Assembly (NCBI GenBank): GCA_963735455.1
Contig: CAVTKZ010000004.1
Coordinates: 435,238 to 499,237 of the forward strand
Direction: 5' to 3'
DNA from: an uncultured Chloroflexia bacterium
GTDB taxonomy: Bacteria > Chloroflexota > Limnocylindria > Limnocylindrales > CSP1-4
DNA length: 64,000 nt
Shown here: piece by piece, positions 1 to 9,886 of the stretch
Layout of the letters: every line of letters starts with the position of its first letter
Position numbering within the stretch: position 1 is the stretch's first letter
Notes under the pieces: generated by a model
The model's database searches: none
What the model was told of the DNA's origin: nothing
Seen by the model: the letters and a program-made list of their open reading frames with translations, nothing else
Program-made: the position numbers and the translations under genes

Positions 1-43
1 CGTCGCCGGCCAGCGCCCGCACCCGAGACAGGGGAAGACACCG

Positions 44-1625
44 ATGACGACCGACGCGAAGCCGCGCCTGAAGATCACCTACGCCACGCTCCGCAACGAC
101 AACGAGGAGCTCCACGCGCTGTATGACGCAGGTGTGGTCCAAAGCCGCAGCCAGCTTGGCGCTCACCACCTGAACTTCATCGGCGGGGCGGAGCGCGAGG
201 GCGACGGCGAGACGACCGTCCATTCGCCGATCGACCATGAGATCGTCATCGGCCACTTTGCCAAGGGCACCCGCCAGGACGTGCGCGACGCGATCGCCGC
301 CGCCCGGGCCGCCCAGCCGGCGTGGGCGGCCACCCCCTGGCGCGAGCGCCTGGCGATCATGCGCCGGGCAGCCGAGCTGATCAGCCAGCGCCAGATGGTC
401 TACGGCGCGGACATGGCCTTCGAGGTCGGCAAGAGCCGGCTCGAGTCCCTGGGCGAGGTGGAGGAGGCGGCCGACCTGCTGCGCTACTACTCCGACGTGA
501 TGGAGCGCAACGACGGCTACGACCACCCGATGGACAACCTCGGCGACGCGGCGGTCCACACCCGCTCGATCCTCCGGCCACTGGGCGTCTTCGCCGTGAT
601 CAGCCCGTTCAACTTCCCGATGGCCCTGGCCGCTGGCCCGACGGCCGCCGCGCTGATGGCCGGCAACACCGTTGTCTTCAAGCCGAGCACCACGGCCCCC
701 CTGTCGGGCGTCAACCTCGTCCAGGCCTATCGCGACGCGGGGCTGCCCGACGGCACCCTCAACCTGGTCATGGGTCCCGGCGACACGGTCGGCCAGGAGC
801 TCCAGGAGAACCCGGGAATCAACGGGATCGTGTTCACCGGCTCGTACGACGTCGGTTTCGAGCTGTTCCGCAAGTTCTCCACCCGCTACCCGCGCCCGGC
901 GATCGTCGAGATGGGCGGCAAGAATCCAGCGATTGTCACCGCCCGGGCCGATCTGGAAGAGGCGGCCGAAGGGATCGTCCGCTCGGCCTTCGGCTTCAGC
1001 GGCCAGAAGTGCTCGGCCAACAGCCGGGTCTACGTTGAACGGCCGGTCCACGATGAGCTGATCAAGCTACTGGTCGAGAAGACCGAGGCGCTGACGATCG
1101 GCGACCCGCTCATCCGCTCGAACTGGATGGGACCGGTGATCGACCAGCGTGCGCGTCGACCGCCACCAGCAGGCGTCGGCCGAAGCCCGCCGGGACGGGA
1201 CGGTCTACGTCGGCGGCGAACGGCTGACCGACGGCGGCCTGGAGCGGGGCTTCTTCGTCGAGCCGACGATCGTGGGCAACCTGCCCGCCGAGCACCGCCT
1301 GTTCGTCGACGAGCTCTTCGCCCCGTTCACGGCTGTTGCCCCGGTCGACTCGCTGGGCGAGGCGATCCGGCTCTCGAACGAGAGCGTCTACGGCCTGACC
1401 GCCGGGATCTTCAGCGAGGACCCGGCCGAGGTCCAGCAGTTCCTGGACACGATCGAGACCGGCACGCTGTACATCAATCGCCGGGCGGGAGCCACGACCG
1501 GCGCCTGGCCGGGCGTCCAGGCGTTCGGCGGCTGGAAGGGCTCCGGCTCGACCGGCAAGGCCGGCCTGTCGATGTACTACGTCGCCCAGTTCCTGCGCGA
1601 GCAGAGCCACACCGTCGTCGACTGA
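44..1625 (+). pseudogene. Aldehyde dehydrogenase family, L-glutamate gamma-semialdehyde (P5C) dehydrogenase-like; frame broken by a 1-nt insertion near 1154
   Basis: ORF 44..1684 has ALDH motifs (FNFP, VFKPS, EMGGKNP, catalytic GFSGQKCSANSR) up to GPVIDQRA, then becomes R/P-rich nonsense. ORF 1149..1625 in the next frame supplies a normal ALDH C-terminus (GFFVEPTIV, ESVYGLTAGIFS, GGWKGSG). Junction reads gaccagcgtgcg-c-gtcgac. Confidence 0.85.
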
Positions 1626-1740
1626 CGGTGGCGGCCCGGTCGGATCGCTCGGCTATACTCGGCCGCAGTATCCAGACTGCATAAAACGTATTCGTCCGTG
1701 AGCCGGCGTCCCCCGGCTCTGGCCCGCCCAGAGGTGCCCC

Positions 1741-3121
1741 GTGACCCAGGCCGCGACGCACGCCACGAATCGACTTGCGGGCTCCCGGCCCGTGCCCGAC
1801 CTGCGGACCGAGATCCCCGGTCCCAAGGCCCGGGCCCACATCGCGTTCGACGAGACCTGGACCTCGCCCAGCCTGCCCCGGGCCTACCCGATCGTGCCCG
1901 TCCGCGGCGACGGGCTGGTCGTCGAGGACATCGACGGCAACCTGTTCCTCGACTTCGCGGCCGGGATCGCGGTCAACTCGACCGGCCACAGCCACCCCCA
2001 GGTCGTGGCCGCGATCAAGGAGCAGGCCGCCGAGCTGATCCACTTCTCGGCGTCCGACTTCTACCTGCCGATCTACCCCGAGGTCTGCCAGCGGCTGGCC
2101 CGGCTGGCGCCCGTTCGACGGCCCGGCCCGGGTCTACCTCGGCAACTCCGGGACCGAGGTCGTCGAGGCCTCGATCAAGCTCGCCCGCTACGCCACCCAT
2201 CGGCCCGTACGTCGTGGCCTTCCTCGGCGCGTTCCACGGCCGGACCTACGGCTCGGTCAGCCTGACCGCCTCGAAGGCCAAGTACCACGCCGGCTTCGGG
2301 CCGCTGCTGCCGGGCGTCTTCCACGCCCCGTACGGCAAGGTCGACGACCTGCGCTGGTTCGACGAGGTCCTCTTCGACAAGCTGGCGCCGGCCAACGAGG
2401 TCGCCGCGATCATCGTCGAGCCGATCCAGGGCGAGGGCGGCTACATCGTGCCCGAGGACGGCTTCCTGGCCGGCCTGCGGGCGATCTGCGACGAGCACGG
2501 GATCCTGCTGATCGCCGACGAGATCCAGTCGGGCGCCGGGCGGACGGGCCGGATGTGGGCCGTCGAGCACTGGGGCGTCCAGCCCGACATCCTGCTGTCG
2601 GCCAAGGGCATCGCCAGCGGGATGCCCCTGGCGGCGATGATCGCCCGGGCGCCGCTCCTCGAGGCCTGGGGTCCCGGGGCCCACGGCTCGACCTACGGCG
2701 GCAATCCGGTCGCCTGCGCCGCGGCCCTGGCCACGCTCGACCTGCTCGAAGGCGGGCCTGATCGACAACGCCGCCGTGCGCGGTGCCCAGGCCCTGGCAG
2801 GGCTCGCCGCGCTGATGGCCCAGCGGCCCGGGCTCGATCCGCGACGTCCGCGGCAAGGGCCTGATGCTGGGCGTCGAGTTCGATACCGCGGACCACGCCG
2901 AGGAGGTCCAGTGGGCGGCCTTCGAGCGCGGCCTGCTGGTCCTCGAATGCGGCAAGTCGAGCGTCCGGATGTCGCCAGCGCTGACCGTCTCGGAGGCCGA
3001 GATGGAGACCGGCCTGCGGATCTTCGGCGAGGCAGTCGGCGACGTCGCTGCCGAGCACGGCGAGATTCTCCGGGCCGCCACCGCCGCTGGCGCGATCACC
3101 GGGGTCGAGGCGAGCGGCTAG
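1741..3121 (+). pseudogene. Class-III (GabT-like, 4-aminobutyrate/omega) aminotransferase split over four frames by 1-nt insertions near 2110, 2205, 2756 and 2836
   Basis: Homology-like sequence runs through ORF 1741.. (SGHSHPQVVAAIKEQA) and an unlisted frame (PFDGPARVYLGNSGTEVVEASIKLARYAT). It continues in ORF 1698..2864 (FHGRTYGS, EPIQGEGGY, LLIADEIQSGAGRTG, SAKGIASG with the PLP Lys), ORF 2776.. (LIDNAAVRGAQAL) and ORF 2864..3121 (MLGVEFD...). Confidence 0.85.
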
Positions 3122-3143
3122 CTCCGCGGGCGAGGGCGGGAGG

Positions 3144-4063
3144 ATGAGCAGCTCGAAGGTCGCCACGATGCACGACGCGATCGCCGCGATCGTGCGCGAC
3201 GGCGACACCGTGGCGATCGAGGGCTTCACCCACCTGATCAGCTTCGCGGCCGGCCACGAGATCATCCGCCAGGGGCGGCGCGACCTGACCCTGGCCCGGA
3301 TGACGCCCGACCTGATCTACGACCAGATGATCGCCGCGGGGGTCGCCCGCAAGCTGATCTTCAGCTGGCTGGGCAATCCCGGTGTCGGTGGCCTGAACGC
3401 GATCCGGCGGGTCACCGAGGGCGCCCAGCCGACGCTCGAGCTCGAGGAGTACAGCCATTTCGGGATGGTCGCCCGGTACACCGCCGGGGCGGCCAACCTG
3501 CCCTTCTTCCCGATCCGGAGCTACTTCGAGACCGACCTGCCGGTCGCCAATCCGCTGATCCGGCCGATCGAATCGCCGTACGGCGACGGGACCGTGTACG
3601 CCGTGCCGCCGCTCAAGCCGGACGTCACGATCGTCCACGCCCAGCGCGCCGACGCAGCGGCGACACCCAGGCCTGGGGCCTGCTCGGCTGCCAGAAGGAG
3701 GCGGCCTTCGCCGCGGAGCGGGTGATCGTGGTCGTCGAGGAGCTGGTCGACGAGGCAGTCATCCGGGCCGACCCCAACCGGACGATCATCCCGGGCCTGA
3801 TCGTGGACGCCGTGGTCGTCGAGCCGTGGGGTGCCCACCCGTCCTATGTCCAGGGCACCTACGACCGGGACAACCGGTTCTACCTCGACTGGGATCCGAT
3901 CAGTCGCGATCCGGAGGCGACCGCGGCCTGGCTCAGGGACTGGGTCTACGGCCTCGACGGCCGGGCGGATTACGTCGAGAAGCTGGGCGCCGAGCGGCTG
4001 GCGGCGCTCCGGCCGTCCGGTCCGGCCCCGTCCGGCTCGGTCAACTACGGCGAGTACCGATGA
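3144..4063 (+). pseudogene. CoA-transferase subunit A (3-oxoacid/glutaconate CoA-transferase family) with a 1-nt deletion-type frame break near 3659
   Basis: ORF 3144..3725 is good up to VHAQRADAA. The sequence then continues in the frame of ORF 3722..4063 (GDTQAWGLLGCQKEAAFAAERVIVVVEELV...). Confidence 0.8.
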
Positions 4064-4842
4064 GCGCGGCGGAGGCCTTCTCGAAGTCCGAGATGATGAT
4101 CGTGGCGGCGGCTCGCGAGCTGGCCGGCCAGCGGGTCTGCTTCGTCGGCGTGGGCCTGCCGAACATCGCGGTCAACCTGGCCAAGCGCACGGTCGCACCG
4201 GACCTGGAGCTGGTCTACGAGGCCGGCGTCTTCGGCGCCCGGCCGGCCCGCCTGCCACTGTCGATCGGCGATCCGACGATCGTCAGCGGGGCGACCGCCG
4301 CGGTCAGCATGTTCGAGCTGTTCGCGTTCTACCTGCAGGGCGGCCTGGTCGACGTCGGCTTCCTGGGCGCGGCCCAGATCGATCGCTTCGGCAACATCAA
4401 CACGACCGTGATCGGCGACTACGCCCACCCGACCACCCGCCTGCCGGGCTCCGGCGGGGCCTGCGAGATCGCGATCAACGCCCGCCAGATCTTCGTGATC
4501 ATGCGCCAGTCGAAGCGCTCGTTCGTCGAGAAGATCGACTTCCGGACCTCGCCCGGCAACCTCGGCGGGGCGGCCAATGCCGAGCGGATCCGGCGCGAGC
4601 AGGGCTGGCTGGGCCGGGGCCCGTCGGTCGTGGTCACCGACCTCGGGATCTACCATTTCGACGATGACGGCGAGATGCGCCTCGACTCGCTCCACCCGGG
4701 AGCCACACTCGAGGCGGTCCGCGAGACCGTCGGCTGGCAGCCGAGGGTCAGCGCCGATCTCGCGACCACGCCCGCGCCGACCGCCGCCGAGCTCGACCTG
4801 ATGCGCTTGGAGCTCGACCCGGGCGGGGCCTACATCAGCTAG
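4060..4842 (+). CDS. CoA-transferase subunit B
   Basis: Taken from ORF 3826..4842 starting at the internal ATG 4060, which overlaps the subunit A stop (ATGA). Motifs: VCFVGVGLPN, LGAAQIDRFGNIN, RLPGSGGACE. Confidence 0.85.
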   Translation: MSAAEAFSKSEMMIVAAARELAGQRVCFVGVGLPNIAVNLAKRTVAPDLELVYEAGVFGARPARLPLSIGDPTIVSGATAAVSMFELFAFYLQGGLVDVGFLGAAQIDRFGNINTTVIGDYAHPTTRLPGSGGACEIAINARQIFVIMRQSKRSFVEKIDFRTSPGNLGGAANAERIRREQGWLGRGPSVVVTDLGIYHFDDDGEMRLDSLHPGATLEAVRETVGWQPRVSADLATTPAPTAAELDLMRLELDPGGAYIS

Positions 4843-4856
4843 GGCCGGAGCTCCGC

Positions 4857-6482
4857 TTAGCCGCCTGCCGCGAGGAGCGCGACGATCACGTCTACGTCGG
4901 CGCTGCCCATCACTCCCTGGTACTTCGCCCGGACGATGCCGTGGGCGTCGACGACGAACACCCAAGGCATCGACGTCAGGCCCCACGGCGCTCCGCCGAT
5001 GCCCCAGGCGTCGGCCACGTCGGTCAGGACCGGACTGGCCAGGCTGCCCTCGATCACCGGCGTGTCGGTTACCAGGTCGTAGCGGAATGGCTCGACATGG
5101 ACGAAGGCTACGACCGGCCAGCGGTCCTCGAGGTAGCGAGCCATGATCAGGGCCTTGCCGCAGGCGGACGTCACCCGGAATTTGGCCGAATCAAGGACGA
5201 GCACGAACGGCTGGTGGGCTGCCAGGAGGTCGCTCGTCGACTGGGCATAGAGGCGCAGATCGGGGATCGGATCGGTCGACACCACGCCGATCGCCCCGCC
5301 CACGTCGGCCAGGGTCGGGCTGTGGACGGTGGGTGCCGCCGCTCCGATCGCGGCCGAGGTCCCCTGGGCCAGGGCGACCAGTTCGGCGCCTCCGCTGAGG
5401 GGCACCGAGCCCGGGGTCGCGGTGACGGCCAGGTGCCAGGTGCCGGGGGTCGGAATCGTGACCTGGGCAACGTACGAGACCACGTCGAGCCCGGGCGGCT
5501 GGATCGGCGTGGCCGGGACGGGCGCCCCGACCGACATGCCTTCGCCATCGACGAGCTGGACGGCCGGCTCGATCGACGCGTCGTTGAGCGGTCCGGCCGG
5601 CCCGCCAAGAGTCAGGATGATTGGGCTCGGTCCGCCGGTCCAGACCGACGTCGAGACGACGTCGACTTGCAGGCCGCCACTCGCGCCGCCGGTCGTGGCA
5701 CCGGGCGAGGCGGCCGGTTCGGACGGTGCGCTCGTGGCCGGCGCGCGGTCGACCAGGTGGAGGGTGGCGACGATCGCCGCCGCGCTCGTCCCGAACGGGA
5801 AGTGGGCGCGCAGCCGCCCGGCGGAGTCAACCGCGAAGACGTCCGCGGTATGGGCCATCGAATAGGCGCCGGCGACGGCCGTCTCGACCCGGGCGTACTT
5901 GACCCCCCAGGCGTCGGCCGTCGCCCGGATCTGAGCGTCGGATCCGGTCAGGGCCGTGAACTGGGGTGACCGGTAGGAATCGAAGTCCTTGAGCCAGGCC
6001 ACCGTGTCGCGCTCCGGGTCGACGGTCACGAACAGGGTCCGGACCGGCTCACCGAAGGCGGTCATCGCCTGCTCCACGACCCCGATCGTCGCCGGGCAGA
6101 CGTCCGGGCAATGGGTGTAGCCGAAGAAGACGAGGACGTCCTCGCCGCGGAGCGAGGCCAGGGTCAGGACGTGGCCGTCCGGATCGAGCAGGCCGAGCGG
6201 CGACGCGTCGCGGACGACCGGGTAGAGGAACGAGGTAGGGTCGCTGCCGGACGCTGGAACGGCCGAGCCGGCCGTGTCGCCGGCCACCGAGCCGCCCGTC
6301 GCGCCGGAAGGCGTCGGCCCTTGAGCGGTCCCGGCCGGGGAAGTGGATCCGAGCCCGTGCAGTGCGGTGGCCAGGACGAGCACGAGGCAGGCGGCGGCCA
6401 GCACGACGACGAGCCAGAAGCCCCCGTCCAGCGAGCCGAGCGACCGCCGGCCCGCTGCCCCAGCGGCCGGGTGCCGGTCCAC
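4857..6482 (-). CDS. Membrane-anchored SCO1/SenC copper chaperone fused to a beta-rich middle domain and a second thioredoxin-like domain
   Basis: Start moved to GTG 6482, 2 nt after the PCuAC stop. Has a TM helix (FWLVVVLAAACLVLVLATAL), a SCO1 CPDVC (CxxxC) motif plus a downstream His (SMAHTADVF), and a C-terminal thioredoxin-like fold without CxxC. Confidence 0.8.
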   Translation of the reverse strand: MDRHPAAGAAGRRSLGSLDGGFWLVVVLAAACLVLVLATALHGLGSTSPAGTAQGPTPSGATGGSVAGDTAGSAVPASGSDPTSFLYPVVRDASPLGLLDPDGHVLTLASLRGEDVLVFFGYTHCPDVCPATIGVVEQAMTAFGEPVRTLFVTVDPERDTVAWLKDFDSYRSPQFTALTGSDAQIRATADAWGVKYARVETAVAGAYSMAHTADVFAVDSAGRLRAHFPFGTSAAAIVATLHLVDRAPATSAPSEPAASPGATTGGASGGLQVDVVSTSVWTGGPSPIILTLGGPAGPLNDASIEPAVQLVDGEGMSVGAPVPATPIQPPGLDVVSYVAQVTIPTPGTWHLAVTATPGSVPLSGGAELVALAQGTSAAIGAAAPTVHSPTLADVGGAIGVVSTDPIPDLRLYAQSTSDLLAAHQPFVLVLDSAKFRVTSACGKALIMARYLEDRWPVVAFVHVEPFRYDLVTDTPVIEGSLASPVLTDVADAWGIGGAPWGLTSMPWVFVVDAHGIVRAKYQGVMGSADVDVIVALLAAGG

Positions 6483-6484
6483 CG

Positions 6485-6991
6485 TCAGGCCTGCCGGACC
6501 TCGGCCCGGACGATCACCCGGCCGGCGTGCTCGAAGACGAGGTCGAGCTCGAGCTGGTCCCCGGCCTTGAGCGCCCTGGTCAGGCCCATGATCATCAGGT
6601 GGTAACCGCCGGGCGCCAGGGTGACGGTCCCGCCAACCGGGCAAGCCAGCTGGGCGACCGGCATCATCCCGGTCATGCCCGACGAGTCCAGCGCGGTCTC
6701 GTGAAGCTCGACCGAGGCGGCATCGGGGCTCGACGCCGACACCAGCGCGTCGCCGGCCGGGCCGTGGTTGTCGATCGTCAGGTAGCCGGCTGCGGGCAGC
6801 TCGGGCCCGCCGCTGACCTGGACCCAGGCGGCGCTGACCGCGATCCCCCCGGTCGGTATCGGGCTCGGCGCGCTACCGGCGAGAATCGAGCAGCCGGCGA
6901 GGGCAGCCAGGGCGGTGACGGCGGCGACCGCCAGGGCGAGGAACCGGGGCCGCCGGGCGCCGCTCGCCGCCGGGACCTGATGAAGGGCCAC
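6485..6991 (-). CDS. Copper chaperone PCu(A)C (DUF461) lipoprotein
   Basis: C-terminal part of ORF 6485..8077, starting at GTG 6991. Lipobox LAALAGCS. Has the H..M...HxM pattern (VELHETALDSSGMTGMMP ... GGYHLMIMGL). Confidence 0.85.
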   Translation of the reverse strand: MALHQVPAASGARRPRFLALAVAAVTALAALAGCSILAGSAPSPIPTGGIAVSAAWVQVSGGPELPAAGYLTIDNHGPAGDALVSASSPDAASVELHETALDSSGMTGMMPVAQLACPVGGTVTLAPGGYHLMIMGLTRALKAGDQLELDLVFEHAGRVIVRAEVRQA

Positions 6992-6999
6992 CGGGCTGC

Positions 7000-8379
7000 T
7001 CAGCTGACGATCGCCTTGATGATCGCGTCGACGTGCGCCTTCTCGGGCACGACGACCAGCGTGTTGACCATCCCGAACATCCCATTGGCGCCCTCGACGT
7101 GGGGCAGGATGTGGCAGTGGAAGGCCCACACGCCGAGCGTCTTGGCCGTGATCAGGACGTCCCAGCGCTCGCCGGGATTGACGCCCAGCGTGTCGCACTC
7201 GAAGGCGGCGCTGCCGAGCGGGTGCGCGTCCCGGGCGACGACCTTCATGACGTTCCCGTGGACGTGCCACGGGTGCATCATGATTCCCTCGTTCATGAAC
7301 CGGATCCGGACCGTCTCGCCGACCGCGGCCAGGACCGGCACGGTCGCCGGGAAGCCGTGGCCGTTGATCGTGAACCCGCCCAGTGAGTCGTTCGAGATCC
7401 AGATGTAGTCCCGGTCGAACTTGAACGGCTCCACCTTGGGCTCGACGATCATCGCCGCGAGCAGGCCCCGGCCGACCTGGTCGGTCGCGTTGTGGTGCGA
7501 GTGGTACATCATCGAACCCGACGTGTTCGCCGTGAACTCGTAGGTGTACGTCCCGCCGGGCACGATCGGCTTCTGGGTGACGAACGGCACGCCGTCCTGG
7601 AAGAAGTCGTCGAACTGGACGCCGTGGAAGTGGACGCCGGTCGTCTCCTTGAGGTTGTTGGTGAAGATCGCCCGGACCCGGTCGCCCTCGGTGACCCGGA
7701 TCGTGGGACCCGGCCACTGGGCGTTGTAGCCGAGGGCGGCGACCGGCGGCATCAGCTCGTCGATGTGCTGGCTGATCTCGTCGATCGTCAGGTTGAAGAC
7801 CTTGACGCCGCCGTCGATGGTCGGCTTGAGGGGCTGGAGGGCATCGTTGAGGACCAGCTGCGGGACCTGGGCGAAGGCGGGCTTGGCGCTCAGCTCCGGG
7901 TAGTTGTCGGCCGCGCCGAGGATGTCGGCCAGCTTGGCGAACGACGGCGTCGCCGTAGATCCCCTTGAACGCCGGCGCCAGGTTGCCGAGGTAGCGCCGG
8001 ACGGCGGTCCGGGCGTCGACGTCGTGCTGGGTCCAGCCGGCCGGAATGAGGTCGCGCCGATGCGGCCGGCGAGCCACTCGGCGCGCCCGATGCCGCGGCC
8101 GGCGCGGACCGCGGTCGCCGCCGGACTGGCCGTGGCCAGGGCGAGGGCCGAGGGCGAAGCCGCGGCCGGCAGGGCGCTGCTGGCGGGTCCGAAGGTCCAG
8201 CCGGCGACCGCCGGGCCGCAGGCGGCCGCGAGCAGGCCGCCGCCCGCCAGGGCGACGCCGCGGATGAAGCCGCGTCGGGACAGGCCGGGCAGGCCGGGCA
8301 GCGATTGCGCGCCCGTGTCGACGTTGGCCTGGTCCGAGTTGCGGGCGCCCGCGTCGGCAGGATCAAGGATGGTGTTCAT
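7000..8379 (-). CDS. Tat-exported multicopper oxidase (two cupredoxin-domain type); possible internal compensated frame shift
   Basis: ATG 8379 is preceded by GGAG. Twin-arginine signal SRRGFIRGVALAGGG. Copper ligand motifs HFHG, YHSHH, HPWHVHG, HCHILPH. Segment about 7948-8060 reads better in another frame. Confidence 0.85.
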   Translation of the reverse strand: MNTILDPADAGARNSDQANVDTGAQSLPGLPGLSRRGFIRGVALAGGGLLAAACGPAVAGWTFGPASSALPAAASPSALALATASPAATAVRAGRGIGRAEWLAGRIGATSFRPAGPSTTSTPGPPSGATSATWRRRSRGSTATPSFAKLADILGAADNYPELSAKPAFAQVPQLVLNDALQPLKPTIDGGVKVFNLTIDEISQHIDELMPPVAALGYNAQWPGPTIRVTEGDRVRAIFTNNLKETTGVHFHGVQFDDFFQDGVPFVTQKPIVPGGTYTYEFTANTSGSMMYHSHHNATDQVGRGLLAAMIVEPKVEPFKFDRDYIWISNDSLGGFTINGHGFPATVPVLAAVGETVRIRFMNEGIMMHPWHVHGNVMKVVARDAHPLGSAAFECDTLGVNPGERWDVLITAKTLGVWAFHCHILPHVEGANGMFGMVNTLVVVPEKAHVDAIIKAIVS

Positions 8380-8539
8380 GGCTCCGATCCTGCCCGGCGG
8401 CGCCCGGCGGCAGTAGGGACCAACGGCCCGACTTGTTGGGCCGGGTGTCACCCCACGAGCGCCAGCCGGCCGGTCGCCGATCCGGCCACCGCGGGCGCCC
8501 GTACAATCGCCCGGTGATCACCGCCCGGAGTCTGCGCGC

Positions 8540-9886
8540 GTGACCGGACGGGTCTTCCAGCGTTCGGCCGGCCAGCCCCTGGTCGCCGCGCGGGCCGAGG
8601 GATCGACCATCTGGGACGCCGACGGGCGGCCCTACCTCGACGCAGCGGGCGGCGCCGTCGTCGTCGCGATCGGACACGGCCGGGCATCCGTTGCGGCGGC
8701 GATGGCCGACCAGGCCGGCCGCCTGGCCTACGCCCACGGCAGCGTCTTCACGACCGAGGCGCTCGAGGCGTATGCCCTCGAGATTGGCCGGCACCTGCCC
8801 CAGGACGACCCGGCGATCTACCCCGTCTCGGGCGGCTCGGAGGCGATCGAGACGGCGCTGAAGCTCGTGCGGGCCTACCACATCGCCCGCGGCGAGCCCG
8901 ATCGCTGGATCGTCCTCGCCCGCTGGGGGAGCTATCACGGCAATACCCTGGGCGCCCTCGACCTGTCGGGGCGCAAGCCGCTCCGACGGCCGTACGAGGG
9001 CTGGCTGGGCCGCTTCCGGCACCTTTCGGCGGCCTATCCCTATCGCGCCGGGGAGCCCGGAGCGAATGCCCTGGGCACGGCTGATGAGCTCGCGGCCGAG
9101 CTCGAGCGGGCGATCGAGGCGGCGGACCCGGGCAGCGTGGCCGCGTTCGTCGCCGAGCCGATCGTCGGCGCGACGCTGGCCGCCGCCGTCCCGCCCGATG
9201 ACTACTGGCCGGCGATCGCCGAGGTCTGCCGGCGGCACGGCGTGCTGCTCGTGGCTGACGAGGTGATGACCGGCTTTGGGCGGACCGGGCGCTGGTTCGG
9301 GGTCGACCACTGGGGCGTCCGGCCCGACCTCCTGGTGGCAGCCAAGGGGGCGACCTCGGGCTACTGGCCGTACGGCTTCGTGTCGGCCGCCGGTCCGGTG
9401 GCGGAGACGGTCCTCGGCGCCGGGCCGTTCGTCCACGGCTTCACCTTCAGCCATTCGGTCGTCGGCGCGGCGGTGGCCCGGGAGGTGCTCCGGATCCTCG
9501 AGGCCGAGGACCTGGTCGCGGCTTCGGCCCGCAAAGGGGAGCAGCTCAAGGCGCTCCTCGCCGCCCGGATCGGCGGCCATCCCAGTGTCGGCGAGATCCG
9601 CGGCCGGGGCTTGATGGTCGGCATCGAGCTCGTGGCGGATCGCGCCAGCCGGGCTCCGTTCCCGCGGGCTGCCCGGGTGACCGAGGCGGTGGTCGCGGCA
9701 GCCCGCCGCGAGGGACTCCTCGTCTATTCGGGCACGGGCAATGCCGACGGCGTCGACGGCGACCTGATCCTCCTCGGCCCGCCGTTCGTGGTGACCGAAG
9801 CCGAGCTGGGCCGGATCAGCGAGATGCTGGGCGGCGCGATCGAGGCCGCGGTCGGTCCGGCGATCGAGGCGTCGGCCGCCCGCTAG
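8540..9886 (+). CDS. Class-III aminotransferase (aspartate aminotransferase superfamily), intact
   Basis: GTG start. Motifs: SGGSEAIETALK, GSYHGNTLGAL, VADEVMTGFGRTG, AAKGATSG. Confidence 0.9.
   Translation: MTGRVFQRSAGQPLVAARAEGSTIWDADGRPYLDAAGGAVVVAIGHGRASVAAAMADQAGRLAYAHGSVFTTEALEAYALEIGRHLPQDDPAIYPVSGGSEAIETALKLVRAYHIARGEPDRWIVLARWGSYHGNTLGALDLSGRKPLRRPYEGWLGRFRHLSAAYPYRAGEPGANALGTADELAAELERAIEAADPGSVAAFVAEPIVGATLAAAVPPDDYWPAIAEVCRRHGVLLVADEVMTGFGRTGRWFGVDHWGVRPDLLVAAKGATSGYWPYGFVSAAGPVAETVLGAGPFVHGFTFSHSVVGAAVAREVLRILEAEDLVAASARKGEQLKALLAARIGGHPSVGEIRGRGLMVGIELVADRASRAPFPRAARVTEAVVAAARREGLLVYSGTGNADGVDGDLILLGPPFVVTEAELGRISEMLGGAIEAAVGPAIEASAAR

Noticed and set aside
3826-4059. N-terminal 78-aa extension of the CoA-transferase B ORF.
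   Set aside because: It overlaps the genuine C-terminus of subunit A in another frame and is R/G/P-rich. ATG 4060, overlapping the subunit A stop, is the sensible start.
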